From: an uncultured Phycisphaerales bacterium
Lineage (GTDB): Bacteria > Planctomycetota > Phycisphaerae > Phycisphaerales > JAGLTS01
DNA: 37,143 bases
NCBI GenBank assembly: GCA_964655955.1
Contig: CAZZPX010000001.1
Span: forward strand, 1 to 37,143
Direction of reading: 5' to 3'
Shown here: positions 15,348-22,594 of the stretch, piece after piece
Layout of the letters: each line of letters opens with the position of its first letter
How positions within the stretch are numbered: the stretch's first letter is position 1
Position numbers and translations under genes: made by a program
The notes under the pieces: generated by a model
What the model saw: only the letters and a program-made list of their open reading frames with translations
Told to the model about the DNA's origin: nothing
Database searches by the model: none

Positions 15348-15796
15348 TGGCTACAGAGATACGTGGGCTGGACAAGGTGATTAACAAGCTGGAGAAGATT
15401 GGCGGCCGGGGTGCGCTATTGCGGCCAATGAAGCGGGCGACGGCGTACCTGCACGAAAAGGCGGCCACTTACCCGCCGGCCACGAGCGCCAACCGGCCGC
15501 CGGGCAACAACGGCTATAGCTGGTACGAGCGCGGCTTTGGCACCCGCACGGTGACCGGGGCGGCCTTCCCCACGTCCGAAACGCTCGGCCGTCGCTGGAC
15601 AACCGAGGTCAGCGCCGACGGGCGCAAGGGCGTGGTCGGCAACAACGCCAGCTATGGTCCGTATGTGCAATCGGGCGAGCAGCAGGCCGGTTTTCACGCC
15701 AGAAACGGCTGGAAGACGGACGCGATGATAGCCGAGGAGGAGGGCGACAAGGTTGTCGGCTTCTTTGATGAGGAAATCGCGGAGTTGACGAAATGA
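15347..15796 (+). CDS. hypothetical virion-module protein
   Basis: ATG at 15347 overlaps the upstream TGA by 1 nt. No confident family assignment. Confidence 0.7.
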   Translation: MATEIRGLDKVINKLEKIGGRGALLRPMKRATAYLHEKAATYPPATSANRPPGNNGYSWYERGFGTRTVTGAAFPTSETLGRRWTTEVSADGRKGVVGNNASYGPYVQSGEQQAGFHARNGWKTDAMIAEEEGDKVVGFFDEEIAELTK

Positions 15797-15996
15797 CGAC
15801 CGAACAGATGACCGAACTGCGAACGATATACACGGTCGAGCCGGTGGAGGGCGAGATGGACGCGCCGCAGGTGGAAGATACGGCGATGCGGGCGGTGCTT
15901 CTCGAGATACGGCGGGCGCTGATTACGCAACTGCGTGCGGTCGAGCGGGCGCTCGGCATCTCGCCGTCAATCCCGCCACGGAAGCGGCCGCATTAG
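15793..15996 (+). CDS. hypothetical small protein
   Basis: ATGA overlap with the upstream gene. 67 aa, helical, basic C-terminus. Confidence 0.65.
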   Translation: MTTEQMTELRTIYTVEPVEGEMDAPQVEDTAMRAVLLEIRRALITQLRAVERALGISPSIPPRKRPH

Positions 15997-16085
15997 TCCT
16001 GTCCCGTCAGCCAGCGCCAGAGGGCGACCCATAGCTCGACGTACCAGTAGCGACTGCGGCGATAGGAGCGGCGACGTTTGGTCAT
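15993..16085 (-). CDS. candidate 30-aa Arg/Trp-rich micro-ORF, antisense to the late operon
   Basis: MTKRRRSYRRSRYWYVELWVALWRWLTGQD. ATG at 16085 lies about 47 nt downstream of the predicted start site of a good minus-strand promoter. The RBS is weak (GGGAA). The stop overlaps the convergent gene stop by 3 nt. Confidence 0.35.
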   Translation of the reverse strand: MTKRRRSYRRSRYWYVELWVALWRWLTGQD

Positions 16086-16101
16086 GACGTATATTCCCGT
16101 A

Positions 16102-16131
16102 TTGACATATAGTTGGGGTCTGTTGTAGAAT
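16102..16131 (+). promoter_or_regulatory. sigma70-like promoter facing the capsid gene
   Basis: TTGACA (16102-16107), 18 nt, TAGAAT (16126-16131). Predicted +1 about 16138. Confidence 0.6.
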
Positions 16132-16138
16132 AACAGCA

Positions 16139-16167
16139 ATTGTATTGGTAGCCGTGCCCCCTGGCAA
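16139..16167 (-). promoter_or_regulatory. sigma70-like promoter on the minus strand, face-to-face with the plus promoter
   Basis: Minus strand TTGCCA (16167-16162), 17 nt, TACAAT (16144-16139). Predicted +1 about 16132. Confidence 0.55.
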
Positions 16168-16175
16168 AGTGACCA

Positions 16176-16222
16176 CCGGGCGCGAAGAGACTGATAGTCC
16201 TCTTCGCGCCCGGTTTTGTTTT
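16176..16222 (+). terminator. strong rho-independent terminator immediately upstream of the capsid gene
   Basis: Perfect 14-bp stem CCGGGCGCGAAGAG / CTCTTCGCGCCCGG (16176-16189 / 16200-16213), 10-nt loop, then TTTTGTTTT (16214-16222). Confidence 0.85.
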
Positions 16223-16232
16223 GCGAGGTTCT

Positions 16233-18026
16233 ATGCACGCACTAAAGATTTTGGAGCAAGACGACAAGACCGCCATCCTCGGCGGTTATGGCGTTGTGTT
16301 CGGCGGTTCTGACCTGGAGGGGGAAACGTTCACGCCGGACACTGACTATATGCTCGACCTCGTGCCGGAAAAGCCTGTCTATATCGACCACTCTGAGCCT
16401 ACCTTCGTCGCGGCCGACGGCAAGACGATAAAGCTGGCCGGGATAGATGATCCGGTCGGCCGCGTGTTGGAAGTCACTCCCGACGACGTGGGGCTGTACA
16501 TGCGCCTGCAGGTGGAAAAAGCGGGGCGCTACTGGGAGATTGTCGAGCAGATGGTTGGCACGGGGAAGGCGGGGTTGTCATCTGGCACGGTTGGCCATCT
16601 GGCCCGACGCGCCGGCAAGACGATCACCCGTTGGCCTATCGTGGAGGAGAGTATCACGCTAACCCCGGCCGAGCCGCGCACGGTTGGCGTGGAACGGTTG
16701 AAGGCGCTGGTCGAATTAAACCCTGACCTAGAGGCGGTGCTCCCAGAGGCGGCCGGTAAAACCGCGACGGATGCCGCGACGGAAGGGGCCGAGGAGACGG
16801 CCGCCGGGCGACCGGATATCAAGATTGTTGAATCTGAAACGGAGAAAGATGAAATGAGCGAATTGAACCAGACGCCCGGCGCGGCCGATGACCTGCAGAA
16901 CAAGGTCGATGCCTTGTCGGAGAGCGTCAACAAGATTATGGGGCTGTTGGAAGGCAGCCCGGCGCTGAAGCGAGCCGGTTATACGACCGACGACGGCGGC
17001 GCGGCCGACCCGACGCACAAGAGCTTTGGCGATTTCCTGCTGGCTGTGAAGCGCAATGACGGCAAACGTCTAACCACGATTTACGGCGCGACGAAGGACA
17101 TGGCCGAGGGCAGTGGCGCTAGCGGCGGCTATCTCGTGCCCACCGAGTTCCATGCCCAGCTTTTGCAGGTCATGGCCGAGCAGTCGCCCATCTACGCCCG
17201 CGTGTTCAAGCAGCCGGTCAACACTGACGCGGGCGAGTATCCCGCGCTCGACCAGTTCGCTAGCCCGTCGGCCGGCAGTGGCGACACCGCTATGGCCGGC
17301 GGCGTGAAAGCCAAGAGCAAGGCCGAGGGAGCCGCGCTTGATGAGACTGAGCCGAAGTTCACTGACTTGACCTACCGCATCAACAAGATTGGCGGCTACG
17401 TCGAGGTGTCGAATGAACAGATTGCCGATTCCGCGATTTCTGTCGAAACGCTGCTGCGCCGGCTGTTCGCTATTGCGATTGGCTCCAAGAACGAGCGCAA
17501 CATCCTGCTGGGCAGTGGCACGGGCGAGCCGTTGGGCATCATGAATGCGGATGCCACGATTGGCGTAACAACCGCGACCAATGACGCATTTGCCTACGCT
17601 GACGTGCTGGCGATGTGGGCGAAGTTCAAGAACGTCTCGGGCCAGACGCCGGTGTGGATTTGTCACCCGTCGCTGATTCCGCAGATTGGCACGCTGGCCG
17701 TGGCTTCCGGCTCTCCGGTCGTGTGGGCCGGCAACCTGGCGTCCGGTCAGCCGTCTACGCTGCTGGGCTACCCGATTCTGTTCAGCGAGCACATGTACCA
17801 GTGGAAGGGCGACGACATGCTGCTGGCTGACCTCGGCTCTTACGTCCTGTTCGAGCGCCAGGCGTTGTCCATCGCTTTCAGCGAGCACGCCGCCTTCACC
17901 TCTGACAAGGGGACGTGGCGCTTCACGAGCCGCAACGACGGCAAGCCGTGGGTGAAGAAGCCTATCACGCTGGCCGACCCGACGGGCAGCTACACGGTCA
18001 GCCCGTTCGTCTATCACAACGACTAA
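16233..18026 (+). CDS. in-frame fusion of HK97-type prohead protease, scaffold-like linker and HK97-fold major capsid protein
   Basis: N-terminus GGYGVVFGG...VYIDHSE...AGLSSGT is S78/U35-protease-like. The middle is an acidic/coiled-coil segment. The C-terminus ...SGGYLVPTEFHAQL... and downstream is HK97 MCP-like. An internal in-frame ATG at 16854 has GGAGA 8 nt upstream. Confidence 0.9.
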   Translation: MHALKILEQDDKTAILGGYGVVFGGSDLEGETFTPDTDYMLDLVPEKPVYIDHSEPTFVAADGKTIKLAGIDDPVGRVLEVTPDDVGLYMRLQVEKAGRYWEIVEQMVGTGKAGLSSGTVGHLARRAGKTITRWPIVEESITLTPAEPRTVGVERLKALVELNPDLEAVLPEAAGKTATDAATEGAEETAAGRPDIKIVESETEKDEMSELNQTPGAADDLQNKVDALSESVNKIMGLLEGSPALKRAGYTTDDGGAADPTHKSFGDFLLAVKRNDGKRLTTIYGATKDMAEGSGASGGYLVPTEFHAQLLQVMAEQSPIYARVFKQPVNTDAGEYPALDQFASPSAGSGDTAMAGGVKAKSKAEGAALDETEPKFTDLTYRINKIGGYVEVSNEQIADSAISVETLLRRLFAIAIGSKNERNILLGSGTGEPLGIMNADATIGVTTATNDAFAYADVLAMWAKFKNVSGQTPVWICHPSLIPQIGTLAVASGSPVVWAGNLASGQPSTLLGYPILFSEHMYQWKGDDMLLADLGSYVLFERQALSIAFSEHAAFTSDKGTWRFTSRNDGKPWVKKPITLADPTGSYTVSPFVYHND

Positions 18027-18056
18027 TCCGGTCAATCCGGTAGGAGAGAAACCATC

Positions 18057-18497
18057 ATGGGAAAGAAACTCAGTGAAGCCGTTGCCGTGGTCGCCTGCAT
18101 CGACCCGGATGCTTACGGAACCGGCGCTCAGACCTCGGACTGGATTGACATGTCGAAGTTCGAGCGGGTGCTGTTCATTGTCCAGGCGGGCACGCTGGGC
18201 TCGTCGGCTACGTTGGATTTCAAAGTCCAGCAGTCGGCGGCCGACAGCGGCACGAATCCGGCCGATATCAGCGGCAAGGCCATCACGCAATTGACCGAAG
18301 CGGGGACGGATAGCGACAAGCAGGCTCTGGTCGAGGTTCGCGCCGACGAACTGACCGCGGGCTATCGCTACATCGCGGGCGTCCTGACCGTCGGCACGGC
18401 CACGTCTGACGCCGGTGTGCTGGCGATTGCGTCCGAGCCGAACTATGGCCCGGCGTATGACTACGACCTGGCCTCGGTTGATGAGATTGTCGCCTGA
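18057..18497 (+). CDS. hypothetical head-associated protein (possible decoration/cement protein, by position)
   Basis: RBS tAGGAGAgaaaccatcATG. 146 aa, directly after the capsid gene. Confidence 0.75.
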   Translation: MGKKLSEAVAVVACIDPDAYGTGAQTSDWIDMSKFERVLFIVQAGTLGSSATLDFKVQQSAADSGTNPADISGKAITQLTEAGTDSDKQALVEVRADELTAGYRYIAGVLTVGTATSDAGVLAIASEPNYGPAYDYDLASVDEIVA

Positions 18498-19144
18498 TGA
18501 TTCACGTGGTCACACCGTTCTCCCGTCCTGAGAACGCGCTTGCGCTGCTTAGGCATTTATCGGGCCAGGGGGTTGCCCTGACGTGGCACCCCCTGGTATC
18601 CGATATCCCCTTTCCGGCCGGATGCGTTCGTGACTGGGTGCTTCCTCTGGCGGTCGACGTGCCGGCGGGGGTTGACCCATTCTGCTGCAAGCTGCGGGCG
18701 TTTGTGGAAAGCGGCCGCATTCAGGACGGAGAACGGTATTGCGTGCTGAATGACGACGACCTGTACGCGCCGGGCGTTCTGGCGGCCGTTGACGCCATGC
18801 CTGAGCGCATCGTGGTCGTGAGCATGTTGCGCGGCCAGCGCGTTCCGGCCTACGTCGCCAATGGCCACTACCATCCGACGGGGCCGCTGACGGCCGCGCC
18901 GGACAGGATGCACGTCGGCGCGATAGGCGTCGAGCAGTATTTCGTCATGGGCGAGATATTCCGGCTCGCTGACTTCCGTCTCGACCGGCCGGCCTGTTGT
19001 GACGGGCTGGTGGCCGAGTGGCTGGCGGCGACGTACCCGGATGATATCCGCTATGAACCGGAACTCTATGTGTTGTTCAACCGGCTTGAGCCGGGCAGGT
19101 GGGCGGTAGATTATGACGAAACTGTTGGCCTTTTGCCCGCTTAA
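18497..19144 (+). CDS. GT-A fold glycosyltransferase-like protein
   Basis: N-terminus MIHVVTPFSRPENALALL (Rossmann-like strand plus SRPEN) and a NDDD (DxD-like) motif. ATGA overlap with the upstream gene. Confidence 0.65.
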   Translation: MIHVVTPFSRPENALALLRHLSGQGVALTWHPLVSDIPFPAGCVRDWVLPLAVDVPAGVDPFCCKLRAFVESGRIQDGERYCVLNDDDLYAPGVLAAVDAMPERIVVVSMLRGQRVPAYVANGHYHPTGPLTAAPDRMHVGAIGVEQYFVMGEIFRLADFRLDRPACCDGLVAEWLAATYPDDIRYEPELYVLFNRLEPGRWAVDYDETVGLLPA

Positions 19145-19859
19145 TCCCAACTATCCGCGCCTGTGGGGGCGCACGGTGCAGAGCATCTTCCGGCTGGAGC
19201 ATGACGGGCCGCTGGACTGGCTTTTCGTCGCTAACGACAACCCCCACGAGCGGCCGTATGACAATATTACCCATAACTACGAGCGTGCGCGTCGGGCGGC
19301 GCTGGAAGGCGGCTATGACTTCCTGCTCACGATAGAGAGCGACATGGTCGTGCCGCCGGGCGCTATCGACCAGCTGCTGGCCTGTGACGCGGACGTGGCT
19401 TATGGCCTGTACGTGTTCCGTCACGGCCGCCGGACGTGGAGCGCCTACACGACGCTCGAGGAGCGGCATGGCGTGAGCCTGTCCGAGGACGCGCCACGCG
19501 CTCGTCGGGAATGGGGGAAGGTTATCGACGTGGCCGGTGTGGGGTTGGGCTGTGCCCTTATCAGTCGCAAGGTATTGCGGACTATCGACTTTCGCATGGG
19601 TGACAACGACAGGGTGTCGAATGACTGGCAATTTGCCCTCAACCTGCAGGAAGCGGGCTACAGCCAGCGGGCGCACCTCGGCGTTGTCTGCGGGCATCAC
19701 AGTTATAAGCCCTGGCCACAAATCATCTGGCCCGACCCGGACGCGCAGACCCTTTACCGCGTGGAATCGCTAGGGGACGCGCCGACGGTTGCGCCGGGCG
19801 AGAGGATGAGCGTGCGCGTGGGCATGGGGGTCAACAGCATTCACAGGGAAGCGGTATGA
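19113..19859 (+). CDS. family-2-like glycosyltransferase
   Basis: YDFLLTIESDMVVPPGAIDQLL (DxD-type ESD) and VAGVGLGCALISRKVL resemble GT2 motifs. Overlaps the upstream gene by 32 nt. Confidence 0.65.
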   Translation: MTKLLAFCPLNPNYPRLWGRTVQSIFRLEHDGPLDWLFVANDNPHERPYDNITHNYERARRAALEGGYDFLLTIESDMVVPPGAIDQLLACDADVAYGLYVFRHGRRTWSAYTTLEERHGVSLSEDAPRARREWGKVIDVAGVGLGCALISRKVLRTIDFRMGDNDRVSNDWQFALNLQEAGYSQRAHLGVVCGHHSYKPWPQIIWPDPDAQTLYRVESLGDAPTVAPGERMSVRVGMGVNSIHREAV

Positions 19860-20467
19860 GCGAGCCATACGCCACTCTTGAGGAATTACAGGCGCACATT
19901 GATGCGTCGGGCGGCGCGTCCTGGAGCGCGGGCGACGTTGCCAATATGGAGATTGCGCTCGACGCGGCCACGCGCTGGCTTGATGAGCAGATGGACACGC
20001 GCTTTCGGGCCAATGAGACCGATGAGACGCGCATCTATTCGGCGCGTTGGAATGACCTGGTCTACATCGATGACCTGATTGAGTTGACGACGTTGAAAAC
20101 CGACGCGGACGGCGACGGGGTGTATGAAGTGGTCTGGACAGACGCGGATTTCATTCTGGAGCCGGCCAACGCGATAGCGGGCAATCGCCCGTACCGGCAG
20201 ATTCGACGGCGGGCGAATGGGTCGCATTCGTTTCCCGTTGGCGGCTACGAGGTCGAGGTCACGGGCAAGTTCGGCTATTCGGCCGAACCGCCCGGCCCGG
20301 TACGTCAGGCGTGCCTGCTGCTGGCACACCGGCTGTGGATGCGCAAGGACGCCGTCTTTGGCGTGGCCGGCACGCCGGGCATGGGCGTGACGGTTGTCCA
20401 GGCGCGGATTACGGCCGATGCCGACATTCTGGCGATGCTGGAAGGGATTGAGCGGCGCTATGTCTGA
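19856..20467 (+). CDS. head-tail connector/adaptor (gp6-like)
   Basis: N-terminus YATLEELQAHID...ANMEIALDAATRWLDE is typical of gp6-like connectors. ATGA overlap upstream. Confidence 0.8.
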   Translation: MSEPYATLEELQAHIDASGGASWSAGDVANMEIALDAATRWLDEQMDTRFRANETDETRIYSARWNDLVYIDDLIELTTLKTDADGDGVYEVVWTDADFILEPANAIAGNRPYRQIRRRANGSHSFPVGGYEVEVTGKFGYSAEPPGPVRQACLLLAHRLWMRKDAVFGVAGTPGMGVTVVQARITADADILAMLEGIERRYV

Positions 20468-20882
20468 GCCATCGATTGAACGCTTCATTGATGAGGTGAT
20501 TGAGGTTGTCCGCGCCATTCCGGGCATTGCTTTCGCGCCGGATGACCCGCCGGGAACGATTGCCAACCATCCGGCGGCCGTTGTGTGGCTGACGGAAGGG
20601 CGGGCGCAGGGCGGTCCCGCGCCACTGGTCACTTACCATCATCGCGTGCGCATCGGCCTGATTACGGCGTTCGGCAATATGGCGCTGGCCAACCAGCGGA
20701 TTTTGCCGCAAATCGAGCCGGTGATTGACGCGGTGTACCGCAAGTTGTTCACGAGCGGCTACACGCCGATTCAGAACATCGAGGAAATTTCATATACCTA
20801 CGGGCCGATTCAGTGGGGCGATATCTGGTATTTCGGTGCGCTGATTGACCTGGGCGAGGTGAAGATACAGAGGACGCTATGA
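20460..20882 (+). CDS. neck / tail-completion-like protein
   Basis: ATG at 20460 overlaps the upstream gene by 8 nt. The size and position between connector and tube suggest this role. Weak resemblance to tail terminator/completion families. Confidence 0.6.
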   Translation: MSEPSIERFIDEVIEVVRAIPGIAFAPDDPPGTIANHPAAVVWLTEGRAQGGPAPLVTYHHRVRIGLITAFGNMALANQRILPQIEPVIDAVYRKLFTSGYTPIQNIEEISYTYGPIQWGDIWYFGALIDLGEVKIQRTL

Positions 20883-21067
20883 AACTGAAATACATAGGCA
20901 ATTCGTTTATCCCCGACATTCCAGCGCGGGATTTAAGCGACGAGGAAGTCGAGCGGTTGGGCGGCGCGGCGGCGTTGATTGCCACCGGCCTCTATGCCGA
21001 GGACAAGGAAGTAAAGCCCGCGGCCGGGAAGAAGGCCGGGAAAGAGGTGAATGATGAACGGGGCTAA
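20879..21067 (+). CDS. small hypothetical protein
   Basis: ATGA overlap upstream. 62 aa, Lys-rich C-terminus. Confidence 0.55.
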   Translation: MKLKYIGNSFIPDIPARDLSDEEVERLGGAAALIATGLYAEDKEVKPAAGKKAGKEVNDERG

Positions 21068-22067
21068 GTGGGCGCACAAGATTCAACTCGGCCGTGAGAG
21101 TACGCCCGGGCAGTCTGTCGCCGCGACCACGGTCTGGCGTGGCGTAGGTGGCAATCTGAAAGAGCACCGCGAGATGGTTGACGTGCCTGAGCAAATCGGC
21201 ATCGCCATCCCGTCGAATCGCTCGTATTTTGGCCGGTCGCACGGGGCGCTGTCGATGGCCGCGACGCCGGCCACTTTCGAGCAGCTAATGCACATTCTGG
21301 AAGCGGGTATCAAGAGCGTCGGCACGGGTGCCGCTGACGGCGCTGGCTCAGGCAAAATCTACGCCTACCCGATGGGCCATTCGACCATCAATACCATCAA
21401 GACTTATACCCTCGAAACCGGCGATAACCAGCAGGCCGAGGAAATGGAATATTCGTTTGTCGAATCGTTCACCCTGTCGGGCGAGCGCGGGCAAGCGGTC
21501 ATGGTATCGGCCGATTGGGTCGGCCGTCAGGTGTCGAATGCGACGTTTACCAGCGCGTTATCCATCCCGACAGTCGAGGAGGTTATCGCCAATAAAGCGT
21601 ACTTCTACATTGACGAGCCGGGCGGCACTATCGGCACGACGCAAGTCACTGGCACGTTGTTGTCATGGGAGTTGAGCGTGACGACCGGCTGGCGGGCGAA
21701 GTGGGTCATGGATAAGAACCAATATGAGTTTGACTTCATCTATTTCGACCCTGACACATTCAGCGCCGAGTTTAGCGCGACCTTCGAGCACAACGCGACG
21801 ACCGTAGCCGAGAAGGACAAATGGCGCTCCAACACGGGGCGTTTAATTCGTCTCACAATGTTCGGCAGTGAGTTCGCCACCGCGGGCACATCATATAGCA
21901 ACAAGGCCCTGCGCCTGGATATGGCGACGCGCTGGACTGACTTCGCTGCGCTGGATTCCGACGAGGGCAACAGCGTCATCAATGTGACCGGCAAGGTCGG
22001 CTATGACAGCGTGGCCGCGAAGTCGCTGGAAATCACGGTCGTGAATGAGCTTGCATCCGTGCCTTAG
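21051..22067 (+). CDS. major tail (tube) protein
   Basis: 338 aa, immediately upstream of the chaperone/frameshift pair and tape measure gene. RBS AAGAGG. No sheath gene is present. Confidence 0.8.
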   Translation: MMNGAKWAHKIQLGRESTPGQSVAATTVWRGVGGNLKEHREMVDVPEQIGIAIPSNRSYFGRSHGALSMAATPATFEQLMHILEAGIKSVGTGAADGAGSGKIYAYPMGHSTINTIKTYTLETGDNQQAEEMEYSFVESFTLSGERGQAVMVSADWVGRQVSNATFTSALSIPTVEEVIANKAYFYIDEPGGTIGTTQVTGTLLSWELSVTTGWRAKWVMDKNQYEFDFIYFDPDTFSAEFSATFEHNATTVAEKDKWRSNTGRLIRLTMFGSEFATAGTSYSNKALRLDMATRWTDFAALDSDEGNSVINVTGKVGYDSVAAKSLEITVVNELASVP

Positions 22068-22088
22068 GCGCGGGGATAGGAGGAACCC

Positions 22089-22367
22089 ATGAGTGACAAT
22101 GACGATCTGACGACCTACCGCTTCCACGTGACGGATGAGCGGGTCGAGGATATGGAATTCGGTCTGTTGATGGATGTGTCGGGTGAGCGCATGTCCATCC
22201 CGGCGATGGCCCGGTTCCTGGCGCATTTCATGGTCGACGGGGACGGGCAATACCTGGAACCGGCCGAGGCCATGAAAGCCGTGCGCTATATCAAGGTGCG
22301 CGAGATGAAGGCGACTGTCGAAAAGCTCACGGTGGAGATGCAGGAGGCGGCCGTCCCAAACGGATAA
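22089..22367 (+). CDS. tail assembly chaperone (G-like short form)
   Basis: 92 aa, acidic, canonical position before the tape measure gene. RBS tAGGAGGaacccATG. Confidence 0.8.
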   Translation: MSDNDDLTTYRFHVTDERVEDMEFGLLMDVSGERMSIPAMARFLAHFMVDGDGQYLEPAEAMKAVRYIKVREMKATVEKLTVEMQEAAVPNG

Positions 22368-22594
22368 GGCGGCAGATTTACAATGCCGCCCTGCTTCCCG
22401 ACAAGCCTCTGCCACTGCCGGCGTGGGTTGGCATCCTGCAGGCGGCCGAACAATGGGGGTGCCCGCCGTGGGATGTGACGGGCGAGACGCCGCCCAAGCG
22501 GGTCATGTGGTTTTTGCGCCGGTCTATCTTTGAGAACGAGAAAGAACGCGGCCTGAGAGACTACCGAAAGCATCATGGGAAAAAACCTGGTTGA
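22089..22594 (+). CDS. tail assembly chaperone, -1 frameshift-extended form (G-T-like)
   Basis: After slippage, my translation is PKRIRRQIYNAALLPDKPLPLPAWVGILQAAEQWGCPPWDVTGETPPKRVMWFLRRSIFENEKERGLRDYRKHHGKKPG, stop at 22592-22594. There is no ATG-initiated ORF here, so the track misses it. Confidence 0.6.
22355..22361 (+). other. candidate -1 programmed frameshift heptamer C CCA AAC
   Basis: X XXY YYZ pattern in the zero frame, 2 codons before the G stop. The -1 frame stays open for about 78 codons from here. Confidence 0.6.

Larger units (their letters stand above)
16138..16222 (+). ncRNA. candidate ~85-nt terminated leader / small RNA (promoter-to-terminator unit)
   Basis: Defined only by the predicted +1 and the intrinsic terminator. 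No homology evidence. Confidence 0.3.

Noticed and set aside
16085-16222. Type I toxin-antitoxin with a trans-complementary sRNA (tisB/istR- or zorO/orzO-like), formed by the micro-ORF mRNA and the plus-strand terminated RNA
   Set aside because: I looked for extended direct repeats between 16085-16137 and 16138-16222, which would give RNA-RNA complementarity. I found only a GTATTG hexamer and an ATAGT pentamer. The predicted transcripts overlap by only about 6 nt. The toxin-like idea for the peptide is kept only as a low-confidence hypothesis.
17070-18290. Long minus-strand ORF (406 aa), and similar antisense ORFs at 27560..28870, 28963..30084, 31929..32834, 19886..20632, 13517..14206, 22286..22888 and 23087..23779
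   Set aside because: They lie antisense to genes with recognisable phage domains. They are Arg/Gly/Pro/Ala-rich, as expected for shadow ORFs in high-GC DNA, and they lack RBSs and would break the operon structure.
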